59,835 nucleotides of DNA from a phage, in the sequence record PZ445421.1; one strand, written 5' to 3'. Below, in pieces: positions 37,612-45,770 of this stretch. The position numbers and the translations under genes were made by a program. Numbering within the stretch: position 1 is the stretch's first letter; each line of letters opens with the position of its first letter. The notes beneath the pieces were generated by a model that saw nothing but the letters and a program-made list of their open reading frames with translations, was not told the DNA's origin and did not search any database.

Positions 37612-38517
37612 TTACTGTGCAGAGTCATTGCCTTCAGTGGAACGTTTCCACGGTGGAGTCTTGGTCTGAGCTGCTTTAGCGATATCGTCCTGCACTTCAG
37701 GTTCTGCATGGTTAGCAGTACCAGTGTTTTGAGCTTGAGTTTGTGGTTGCTCTACTCCAGGCTGTACCTTCTGAGTTGCCCAGTTAGGCTGCTGTGGCTG
37801 CTGCGCACCAGTAGCCCACGGTTGGGATTGTGCCGCACTGTTAAAATCAACTGTTCCAGACTGCTGCTGTTGCTGTACCGGCTGTTGCGGCTGTTGTTGC
37901 TGCTGCGGTTGCTGGAACCACTGAGTCTGAGGTTGTTGCTGCTGTTGCTGAGGCTGCTGCCCAAATGCGCCCGGGAAACCCTGCTGCGATTGCTGCTGTG
38001 GTTGCTGAGTACCACCGAACGCACCGCCACCAAATGCTGGAGATTGTGCTGCCGCTGCCGGAGTTGATTTAGGTAGGTTAGCCATATCCGCCTTAGTTGC
38101 GTATACAACACCTTCCATATTATCAATCGCTTGATAAATCTGAGGTTCGTTGTTTGGCTCATAGCCAGGTTGCTGACGAACTTTCACTTTCAGGTTAAAC
38201 GGAATACCGTGCAGTTGTTCAGTATCGTTCCAAACTGGAACTTTAACAGCACGAGACAGCTCTGCCAGTTCTTCCATTGCAATCTGTACAGCGACAGGGT
38301 TCGCGTTCTTGACGTTGTAACCGCCAAACATCACACGACCAGCAAAATCACCCTGTATAATCTTAAACTGAAGATTCAGACGCGCACCGCCTGGAGTTTT
38401 AGTCGGTTTGATTTCAGAGTTTACAATCTGAACAACATACCAACCAGCGGGCATCAAGCTGTTGTGTTGACGCTCTGCGTGCTGTCCAGCGTTAAATTGC
38501 GTTCCTAAACCGGCCAT
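37612..38517 (-). CDS. putative ssDNA-binding/annealing accessory protein with Gln/Pro-rich low-complexity linker
   Basis: 301 aa; N-terminal globular part, then ~100 aa of Q/P repeats; start overlaps stop of the ATPase gene. Confidence 0.4.
   Translation of the reverse strand: MAGLGTQFNAGQHAERQHNSLMPAGWYVVQIVNSEIKPTKTPGGARLNLQFKIIQGDFAGRVMFGGYNVKNANPVAVQIAMEELAELSRAVKVPVWNDTEQLHGIPFNLKVKVRQQPGYEPNNEPQIYQAIDNMEGVVYATKADMANLPKSTPAAAAQSPAFGGGAFGGTQQPQQQSQQGFPGAFGQQPQQQQQQPQTQWFQQPQQQQQPQQPVQQQQQSGTVDFNSAAQSQPWATGAQQPQQPNWATQKVQPGVEQPQTQAQNTGTANHAEPEVQDDIAKAAQTKTPPWKRSTEGNDSAQ
37861..38010. repeat. CTG/TTG trinucleotide-rich tract (encodes poly-Gln/Pro on the minus strand)
   Basis: Read directly: ctgctgctgttgctg...gctgttgttgctgctgcggttgctg... 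Confidence 0.6.
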
Positions 38518-39263
38518 TATTGTACCCCTTTGATTTTGTTAATGATTACACCGAGATGTGGATATTCCATCTGTTCTAACGAACCAGAACGATCTTTACA
38601 TACATTTGACAGATCTGGTCTTGTCAGCAGATAACGAAAATCTGCTTGAGTATTTTGGTCTTTACCAACACTAATCTTGAACACTTCGTCAAAAAAGTAT
38701 GGTAATTCTGGACCTAATTTTGCACCAGGCATAGAAGGACCATAAGACGTAATACCTGTTAACTCGTCCTTATTACGGGACATTTTAGCTGCCATGTATA
38801 CGTTAAGTCCAGGAATATCTCGAAAAGCACGAACCAAAGTTTGCATCTTCTCAATGAGATCCCCATAAGCCTGACGCGGATCTTTCACAGTACGCTTCGC
38901 ATTGTTAAGGCACTTTTCAGCAATCTCAGTAAGTGAATCCAGCGCAAGAGACTGAAAGCGCGGTAAACCATCTTCACCTACAGGGTTGTTTGCAGGGTTA
39001 GTCGCCCAAACGTAAGCCTGCTCCACATCCTGGATATTTTCAACCGTGATGGTTGGAATATCGTAACAGATATCTGGTCTGTTTTCACCAAACACACGAG
39101 CAATGTTATTCGGTGTTAAAGACAGAAGCCCAGACTCTGCAGAAATCAGCAACGGTCTTGGAAGAGTTGCTGTAAGCATGGTCTTACCCATACCGGATTC
39201 ACCATACACAAGCATCTTGACACCAGTGTCCAAAACTGCCTGCGCGGTAGTTGTAAATTGCAT
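38517..39263 (-). CDS. RecA-like/AAA ATPase (Sak4-type recombination ATPase candidate)
   Basis: Walker A 'GESGMGKT' near the N-terminus; 248 aa; adjacent to the SSB-like gene. Confidence 0.55.
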   Translation of the reverse strand: MQFTTTAQAVLDTGVKMLVYGESGMGKTMLTATLPRPLLISAESGLLSLTPNNIARVFGENRPDICYDIPTITVENIQDVEQAYVWATNPANNPVGEDGLPRFQSLALDSLTEIAEKCLNNAKRTVKDPRQAYGDLIEKMQTLVRAFRDIPGLNVYMAAKMSRNKDELTGITSYGPSMPGAKLGPELPYFFDEVFKISVGKDQNTQADFRYLLTRPDLSNVCKDRSGSLEQMEYPHLGVIINKIKGVQ

Positions 39264-39327
39264 AAGTTGTTCCTTGTGTGGTTACGGTTGCAATACTAGG
39301 ACCTAATTAACCTGAATGCAAACGTGA

Positions 39328-40275
39328 TTATTCACTAATATCTGTTGGATCACGGAAACTTTGATGCGTGGGAATACGCAATTTGTCTTTCATACCGTGA
39401 GCAAAGAATTTCCATTTAGAAATCTTCCCAATGAATTCATCAGGATGCTCAAAATAATATTTACGTTCTTCGTGCGTAAGACGACCAGCACCTACACGCA
39501 TCTCTTGCCCGACTTCAATAAGATCTTCAAGGCCTTCTGGTACTGTAAGCACACGTACATCAAATGAGCCAACCATACCATTTGGAATCATATTTTCCTG
39601 ATGGGATGAACGGAACGTCTGTCCTAATTCGTTAATCTGAGCCTCATTTGCATTGGTGCAACCTTCAATGATACGAATGATCTCGCCTTCACCATCAGTG
39701 AAACGTTTAATGCGGAGATAACCGCCTTCACGCTGCGTACTACGGCCCCATTTATATTTCGCTTCAAGGTCACGAATAATAACGCCTTCGTATCCCATAT
39801 CGAGCCAAATATTTTCCCACTCCAGCAGTTCTTGTTCGTTGTTGACCACATACAACGGCACAAGTTTCACGTCCATCAACTCGCCGTTAGCGTGGCATTC
39901 GTCCACGTACTTCTTGAGCATATCATAACGCTCTTTGTACGGTAGATGTGCAACATTTGGTTCGCACAAATCGAACACATGCCACGTCCAAACGTATTCA
40001 CCTTCAATTTTAGATGTTGCACTACTTGTTTTGCGACATAAGTCAAAGTCCGTTTCGTCCCCAACGGCAAGCTCACCGTCCATACCATCATAGATGGGAG
40101 ATTCAAATACCTTTGCGACCTGCTTATTTGCAAAAGATTTAAGACTTCGTCCAACAAGCTCCCCAAACGGTTTCATCCCACGAACGCCGTCAATTTTAGG
40201 CATAATACCTACAGGATATTTCTGTTTAGCTGAATCCCAATCTGTTGCTAGAAAAGGACGAAATTTTTTAGTCAT
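39328..40275 (-). CDS. ATP-dependent DNA ligase
   Basis: Adenylation motif I 'MPKIDGVRG' (KxDGxR); ATG 40275 with SD 'GGAGGG' (track start 40290). Confidence 0.85.
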   Translation of the reverse strand: MTKKFRPFLATDWDSAKQKYPVGIMPKIDGVRGMKPFGELVGRSLKSFANKQVAKVFESPIYDGMDGELAVGDETDFDLCRKTSSATSKIEGEYVWTWHVFDLCEPNVAHLPYKERYDMLKKYVDECHANGELMDVKLVPLYVVNNEQELLEWENIWLDMGYEGVIIRDLEAKYKWGRSTQREGGYLRIKRFTDGEGEIIRIIEGCTNANEAQINELGQTFRSSHQENMIPNGMVGSFDVRVLTVPEGLEDLIEVGQEMRVGAGRLTHEERKYYFEHPDEFIGKISKWKFFAHGMKDKLRIPTHQSFRDPTDISE

Positions 40276-40801
40276 CTGAACCCTCCACATGCAAATTCGT
40301 CATGTATAGATTTTCTCATATCATCTAACCATTCTGAAGCAAGAGCTAAACCTTCATCCGTAAATGGAAACACCTTCTGTTTACGTTTACCATTAACTTG
40401 AATTGTGGCGCACCAACGCTCATAACCATTATTGTTTACAAACCGAGATACACCTTTTACACCGGAAGTGTTGTTAGCCTGAATAATTTATTACAGTTAT
40501 TTTGGCTTGATGTGGCTTTTCTAATATTACACCATCTGTTATCAAAACCTTTCCCGTTTTTATGGTCTATTTCAACTTGAGGATCTTCCCCTGTCATCCA
40601 TTTCCAAATGACCCTGTGAACAAAGTAATCGCGTCCTTTAAGACCTACATACTTATAATTTAGACCATAATACCCAGCTTCCGCTCCAGCAACTCTTCTC
40701 CGCCAACTTTTACGCCAACTAAGAATGCCAGTTTCCGCGTTATAATCCAATAACTCTTTTAATTCCTGTTCACTATAAGGAATAGGTTTAAATCGAGCCA
40801 T
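40272..40801 (-). pseudogene. HNH-AP2 homing endonuclease split across two reading frames
   Basis: HNH frame 40457..40801 ('EIDHKNGKGFDNRWCNIRKATSSQN'); the AP2-like part ('NNTSGVKGVS...NGYERWCATIQVNGKRK...') is in another frame from 40487 to a TGA overlapping the ligase ATG. Confidence 0.5.
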
Positions 40802-41378
40802 TGAAATTTACCTTTGTGTGTTCCCGAACAAGAAGTTTTAACTTCCTAACCCAAGATTGCTGTTTCTCAATGTTAACTTTCTTCGGTTTAGGAATAATGG
40901 ATTTTGCTGTAGCTACTTTTAATTTATCGTAGTCCATGCGACGTCTACCTGTTCGCATGTGCATACCCGCAATTTCATCACACTTGTCTTGTGCAAGACT
41001 ACGGGAATCCATCCTACCTGAATGACCTTTAACATGACGGAACTGGAAACTAAGCCTATTCTCAACGATAGTATCCATGAACCATTTATATATTTGCTGC
41101 TCTTCTCCTCTCGGTGGACGTTTACCTTCGAACATATGGATAGCTGCTTTGCAATCCGTCTGGAACAATATAACGTCGTTTGTGTAGATAAGTCCAGCCT
41201 CTATACCATGATATAAACCGTTAGCTACTGCAATACATTCAACTACGGTATTATCTGTGTGACCATGCGCAGGGCCACCAAAAGCCTTCTTACCACGCTT
41301 GGAGGCTACCCAGATTCCATAGCCTCCACATTTAGTACGGTGACAAAACGACGCATCCGATATTATCGTGATGAGCAT
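40788..41378 (-). CDS. rnhA: ribonuclease H
   Basis: 'ISDASF...GGYGIW' N-terminal block and 'HVKGHSGRMDSRSLAQDKCDEIA' C-terminal block typical of RNase HI. Confidence 0.8.
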   Translation of the reverse strand: MLITIISDASFCHRTKCGGYGIWVASKRGKKAFGGPAHGHTDNTVVECIAVANGLYHGIEAGLIYTNDVILFQTDCKAAIHMFEGKRPPRGEEQQIYKWFMDTIVENRLSFQFRHVKGHSGRMDSRSLAQDKCDEIAGMHMRTGRRRMDYDKLKVATAKSIIPKPKKVNIEKQQSWVRKLKLLVREHTKVNFNGSI

Positions 41379-41804
41379 TTAACCCTTCTTAACAGCGATC
41401 TTAACCTGTGGAGAACCTGGAGTTGTGGTCACACATTCGTCAAAGATCGCCAACTGTTCAGCTGTGAGCTTACGATATGCAGCCACACGGAGTTCTACTT
41501 TAGTTTCAGTAACTTCGTTGACATCCACACCAGCTTCAACAAGGTCTGGCAGAATCTGACTAAAGATCGCCTTATCGACTTTACGCGTATAAGGTTGAGT
41601 AACAACAAGATCATCGCCTGTATCAAGTTTAATCTTGTTAGTATTTTCGTTAAGACCATCAGGAAAGAAGACGCTAACCACACTTTGGCGCAGTGCACGT
41701 TCTTGCGCTTGTACTTTGGCCAATTCTTCTTTCTTAGAATACCAGTTGTAAAGGAGTTCGTACTTCTGCTCTTCAGTTAAGTTCATTTCTGGTAACTGGA
41801 CCAT
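41379..41804 (-). CDS. hypothetical protein
   Basis: 141-aa ORF. Confidence 0.5.
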   Translation of the reverse strand: MVQLPEMNLTEEQKYELLYNWYSKKEELAKVQAQERALRQSVVSVFFPDGLNENTNKIKLDTGDDLVVTQPYTRKVDKAIFSQILPDLVEAGVDVNEVTETKVELRVAAYRKLTAEQLAIFDECVTTTPGSPQVKIAVKKG

Positions 41805-41884
41805 GTTATTGCCCTCGTTGTTTGCTATTTGCTTAGGGGTAATTTACTAGGAACTTAGTTCGTTGTAAATACCCCTAGCTGATA

Positions 41885-42490
41885 TTAAAATTTCTTACCG
41901 TGTTCCTGGGCGCGGTTCTCACGCTTATGGTCTGCACGGTTCGAGTTATATGCACGCTTGTCGCCCAGCGCCTGCTCCAGTGGCCAACCCCAGCCAACCG
42001 CCCAGTAAATCATATCCAGTGCGATAGCCAGCTCGAACGCTGCGATATCTAACGTTTCGTTATTATCTTCGTTGGAGTGAGGAACCTGCATAACCTGGTT
42101 CTTACGCACACCCTCCAACCCTGCGCTAATGTGCTCGTGCAGATCCGCATAATACTGATAGAAGTTTACATCCGTTTCAAACGCCGGCGGCGTGTCGTTA
42201 GCGCCTAAACGGTATACAGCGTCCAGCGCTTTCTCCAGATCCCACTTCTTATGACCGAAGAAGTCATAGATACGGATTGCAGCGTCCGCCAGCTCGACTA
42301 GCTGATTGGTGTATTGTGATAAGTGATCGTCCTTATCACCAGTCTTAAAACCAGTGTATGACTCAGATACTTCAGAATGGATCAGCGCGATTGTTGTACC
42401 GTCCGGACGCACTGGTTCATCCCACCAGCCGGCCTTGACATTGTGGTTATAGATTTCGTCGCGTAATACGTTGGGGTTTTCAATTTGCAT
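41885..42490 (-). CDS. hypothetical protein (possible NTP pyrophosphohydrolase-like)
   Basis: Track ORF to 42598; ATG 42490 with SD 'AGAGGA'; function guess is weak. Confidence 0.4.
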   Translation of the reverse strand: MQIENPNVLRDEIYNHNVKAGWWDEPVRPDGTTIALIHSEVSESYTGFKTGDKDDHLSQYTNQLVELADAAIRIYDFFGHKKWDLEKALDAVYRLGANDTPPAFETDVNFYQYYADLHEHISAGLEGVRKNQVMQVPHSNEDNNETLDIAAFELAIALDMIYWAVGWGWPLEQALGDKRAYNSNRADHKRENRAQEHGKKF

Positions 42491-42959
42491 GACCGTTCCT
42501 CTTGATGTACTCAATTGCATGGGCGCGAAAAAGCATCCGAAAATCTTCCAGGGATATTTCACATCTCGGAGGATCTTCTTTGTGATGTTTCGCTTCATCG
42601 GCGAAAAGCATGATAGGATTCATATACAGGACTACGCGCCAGGACTTTTTATTCTGACGGTACATAAGAACTGGAAACTTGTCTGCTTCCAATGCACTCT
42701 TAACACACTGCGCCCACCATGTGTTAATTGATATCTGCTCCTGTCGTTTAACTTCCACCGCATAGAAACAGGTATTTGTGATATCACAACCACCTACAGC
42801 ACTCTGATTCTGGTTACGTTGTGCTATGGGCTTTTCAGGATAAGTCATTCCAAGAGCGGCGTAAACTTCTTCGTAGATGTCATTAAAGAATTTACAAATT
42901 TCACGCTCACCTGTCTGACCTTTAGTACGAGGATTAGCTCCCATGTTATAAATCTCCAT
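42480..42959 (-). CDS. hypothetical protein (nuclease/resolvase-like guess)
   Basis: Track ORF to 43007 (starts within a G11 tract); internal ATG 42959; function uncertain. Confidence 0.4.
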   Translation of the reverse strand: MEIYNMGANPRTKGQTGEREICKFFNDIYEEVYAALGMTYPEKPIAQRNQNQSAVGGCDITNTCFYAVEVKRQEQISINTWWAQCVKSALEADKFPVLMYRQNKKSWRVVLYMNPIMLFADEAKHHKEDPPRCEISLEDFRMLFRAHAIEYIKRNGHAN

Positions 42960-42983
42960 CCAAAAAATAGAGGTACACAAGTA

Positions 42984-42994
42984 CCCCCCCCCCC
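42984..42994. repeat. homopolymer C11 (G11 on the minus strand)
   Basis: Read directly: gtaCCCCCCCCCCCgaaagc. Confidence 0.9.
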
Positions 42995-43135
42995 GAAAGC
43001 GAAGCATATAATAGATAATAACATGTCAGCGAGAGGCAGCCTTCGAAAAGGGGTAATCTACCAACCACTCTCGCAAATAATGTTAACCTGTTTACGTGTT
43101 TGATTACAATACACGAATTCGTCACAATTCACAGG

Positions 43136-43411
43136 TCATACCGTACATTTTTGCCAATGGCCCATAGAAAATGACAGCGAAGTGCAGACAACTTCCAGCC
43201 CGTTATCATCACGTACCACTGGCAAAGCTAGGCCGCTGCGGGCGTTATGTACAGTGCGGTGTACTCTATACACAGAGTTAGGCGTAAAGCGCCGCGTGTT
43301 CGCGTTTGTGCAGCGTAATAACGATCCGATATGTACAAGTGGAGCGGGCATAGTAAAGCCGATCATTAGATCCTTCTCTTTCTTATTAGGCTGGCGTACA
43401 GTTACATTCAT
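43136..43411 (-). CDS. hypothetical protein
   Basis: Track ORF to 43429; ATG 43411 with SD 'GAGGGGG'. Confidence 0.45.
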   Translation of the reverse strand: MNVTVRQPNKKEKDLMIGFTMPAPLVHIGSLLRCTNANTRRFTPNSVYRVHRTVHNARSGLALPVVRDDNGLEVVCTSLSFSMGHWQKCTV

Positions 43412-43589
43412 TGTGTCGTCCCCCCTCATTTAAAGATTCCAGGCGCTCACCTAACAAAATGAGCGATTTAATTTGATGCGGTTTCTTACCAAGATGTTCA
43501 GCAATGTGGTTATAAGTAAAACCTTTCTCCCGCATACGATAAGCAGTAATAGCGGCATTGCGATTGCGGATATCGGTTTTCTTACTCAT
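43386..43589 (-). CDS. small helix-turn-helix protein (putative transcriptional regulator)
   Basis: 67 aa; 'FTYNHIAEHLGKKPHQIKSLILLG' HTH-like. Confidence 0.45.
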   Translation of the reverse strand: MSKKTDIRNRNAAITAYRMREKGFTYNHIAEHLGKKPHQIKSLILLGERLESLNEGGRHNECNCTPA

Positions 43590-43894
43590 GGTAAACTAAT
43601 TCTCCTTAATTTAGCTTCAATACGATTAATTAACATTGAGATACTACGATCTGCAACCATATGATGTGGTTCGTAGTAACCGTATGCCCAATAGTTTACC
43701 TCTTGCCCGCAATGATTACAATTAATCTTTGACTCGCACACAGGTGAATAGTATCCATCAACTTGAGCTACCACAGTCTCTGTGAACTGAGTGTGACCAC
43801 ACTTTGGGCATTGTATGCACTTCATTTCCTTGTCGTAGTTTGAGCGAAAAGTATAAGGCTTCCATCCTAACATCTTGTATATTTTGCTAGGCAT
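43586..43894 (-). CDS. zinc-ribbon protein
   Basis: CxxC...CxxC pairs (CPKCG ... CNHCG). Confidence 0.5.
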   Translation of the reverse strand: MPSKIYKMLGWKPYTFRSNYDKEMKCIQCPKCGHTQFTETVVAQVDGYYSPVCESKINCNHCGQEVNYWAYGYYEPHHMVADRSISMLINRIEAKLRRISLP

Positions 43895-44130
43895 TAGTGT
43901 AGATTCTCTTTAGGTTGTTCTTCGCTCGTCATAAGATGAGCTAATACGCCACATACATTTGATTTCTGCCAGGCTTTCTCAATTTCATCTAACGAGGATT
44001 CTGGTTTACATAACCGATAGGCTTCTATAAATGAATTCTGGGCTGCTTCAATGATTGCCAGAGACGCCAACACTCTTTCGTCTAGCATCATCGTTTCTTC
44101 ATATTTATCACACATATTAATTCTCCTCAA
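43894..44130 (-). CDS. hypothetical protein
   Basis: 78-aa ORF, coupled. Confidence 0.45.
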   Translation of the reverse strand: MRRINMCDKYEETMMLDERVLASLAIIEAAQNSFIEAYRLCKPESSLDEIEKAWQKSNVCGVLAHLMTSEEQPKENLH

Positions 44131-44336
44131 TGTTTATCAGAAATTATACCTAGTTTATCTTCAATTATTTCAATTCGTGTGAATAATCTATCAATATACT
44201 CGGACTTAGTGTCTTCATCTATACGATGTGATTGATTAGAACCGCAATTCGGACAGATGTACTGGTTAGTCAACACTTCCCTCTGAGAAGGCCGGTCCAT
44301 GCCAGCTTCGCATTCATCGCAGTATATAAAGGCCAT
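44127..44336 (-). CDS. zinc-ribbon protein
   Basis: 'CDEC...CPNCG'. Confidence 0.5.
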   Translation of the reverse strand: MAFIYCDECEAGMDRPSQREVLTNQYICPNCGSNQSHRIDEDTKSEYIDRLFTRIEIIEDKLGIISDKH

Positions 44337-44900
44337 TTATTTCTCCAATTCAATAATGTTTAGAATAATTACATTATCAACTTCAATCTGTCCCTTGATT
44401 ATTTTTTCAACTTCTTGAATTGACTCCATACTAACATCTGGCATAATCACACTTACATTTCCAAAACCTGGAGTAAGTAAACCAGCTTTACTAAAGCTAT
44501 ACGACACCATGAATTTTCTACGGTTTTCGGTGACTTGCTCAGTCTGTTCACACTGGTTACATTGATCTCCCATAAATACAGGATCCTTTTCTGTTTCGTT
44601 AATACATTGGATAAGTTGATGTATAGTTACATCAACATAAATGTCACTACCCTGAAGCTCTTCTACGAATTGATCTTCGCAACGAATCGGATTGTGTATA
44701 GTGCCAATTTCATAAACTTGAACATGAGGGATAAGTGGTAATAAATATATTCTTACCAGTTTTATCAGAATTTGGTGTGGATCCCTTTCATCTAAACTGA
44801 TATTGTTATCCTCGCAAAAATAATCAACAATATCTCCATCACCGAAACCAAACTTACTTGCTAAACTTGCAGCAAGAAGCCTTATAACATTACCCTTCAT
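44337..44900 (-). CDS. hypothetical protein
   Basis: 187-aa ORF. Confidence 0.5.
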   Translation of the reverse strand: MKGNVIRLLAASLASKFGFGDGDIVDYFCEDNNISLDERDPHQILIKLVRIYLLPLIPHVQVYEIGTIHNPIRCEDQFVEELQGSDIYVDVTIHQLIQCINETEKDPVFMGDQCNQCEQTEQVTENRRKFMVSYSFSKAGLLTPGFGNVSVIMPDVSMESIQEVEKIIKGQIEVDNVIILNIIELEK

Positions 44901-44915
44901 TTAAGCACCCCCGAA

Positions 44916-45113
44916 TCAAAAGAACGTACCAGTAAGTACATACAACACAGCGTCGCGCAGTGTTGGTAACAAGGGCGAGCAGTTAGGAACGCTGTAGAAT
45001 TTACGTGATCCCACTTTAACACGCACTATTGTAATATAACGTTTATTGCGCTCTACTGCGTAGAGACCACCACCAAGACGACGGACTTTATATAGAGGTT
45101 GATGCTTTTGCAT
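44916..45113 (-). CDS. hypothetical protein
   Basis: 65-aa ORF. Confidence 0.4.
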   Translation of the reverse strand: MQKHQPLYKVRRLGGGLYAVERNKRYITIVRVKVGSRKFYSVPNCSPLLPTLRDAVLYVLTGTFF

Positions 45114-45130
45114 GTTTTAACTCCTTTCTT

Positions 45131-45409
45131 TTATTTGCTGACACGTATAGCTCTACCTGTTAAGAAGGTGTATCCACAGTGCCGCATTAAGTCACGTTCT
45201 TCTATTACACTTCGTAACTGGCGTGACAGCGTTTCATAGTAAGGACGGACCTCGTTCTTACTGATAGCTAAAGCATAGGCGAACAGTTGTTCCGAGTCAA
45301 TACGATTAGACTTGATTCTTTTGATTGCCTGCTCAATTCCTGGGAACTCTTCATCCTGGTATAGAGCACCGTACACAATTTTGATAGCTGCTAGATTGTA
45401 ACTGGACAT
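45131..45409 (-). CDS. hypothetical protein
   Basis: 92-aa ORF. Confidence 0.5.
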   Translation of the reverse strand: MSSYNLAAIKIVYGALYQDEEFPGIEQAIKRIKSNRIDSEQLFAYALAISKNEVRPYYETLSRQLRSVIEERDLMRHCGYTFLTGRAIRVSK

Positions 45410-45444
45410 TTGACCCTCGGACGTAAAATAATTCTTGATACCTA

Positions 45445-45472
45445 TTGCATTCCTAAGGAAATGCTCTATAGT
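45445..45472 (+). promoter_or_regulatory. sigma70-like promoter (TTGCAT-N16-TATAGT) on plus strand
   Basis: Same hexamer pair as the 33583-33611 promoter; 35 nt upstream of a plus-strand ATG with SD 'GGAGG'. Confidence 0.4.
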
Positions 45473-45507
45473 ATGTATTATACAGTTTGTAAGCGGAGGA
45501 ACACAAA

Positions 45508-45645
45508 ATGACTCACCAAGATCTTATAAAAAGAAACATCAGAACTGCAATGAACAAATCAGAGGAATTCTCACACAACTGTACTAATGGCACTCATAAA
45601 ATTAGATATGAATATATGGGGATCCTCAACTGTGGTTACATTTGA
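45508..45645 (+). CDS. small plus-strand ORF (45 aa) in an otherwise minus-strand region
   Basis: ATG 45508 with SD 'GGAGG'; an overlapping 50-codon ORF (45587..45739) in another frame ends at the terminator. Confidence 0.3.
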   Translation: MTHQDLIKRNIRTAMNKSEEFSHNCTNGTHKIRYEYMGILNCGYI

Positions 45646-45743
45646 GAACGATCAGTATCACGTTGGAGACTTTTCAACACCAGATTACGACGAGATGTTT
45701 GAATACGTTGTATGTGGGTTCTTAAAATTGCACGAATAATATA

Positions 45744-45770
45744 ATGGGCGCATATAGCGCCCATTTTTAT
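45744..45770. terminator. bidirectional intrinsic terminator
   Basis: ATGGGCGC-atata-GCGCCCAT followed by TTTTTAT on plus; overlaps the stop of the minus-strand primase gene. Confidence 0.55.

Noticed and set aside
37708-38508. Plus- and minus-strand ORFs with Leu/Arg/Ser-rich repeats overlapping the Gln/Pro-rich gene
   Set aside because: Artefacts of the trinucleotide-repeat tract read in other frames
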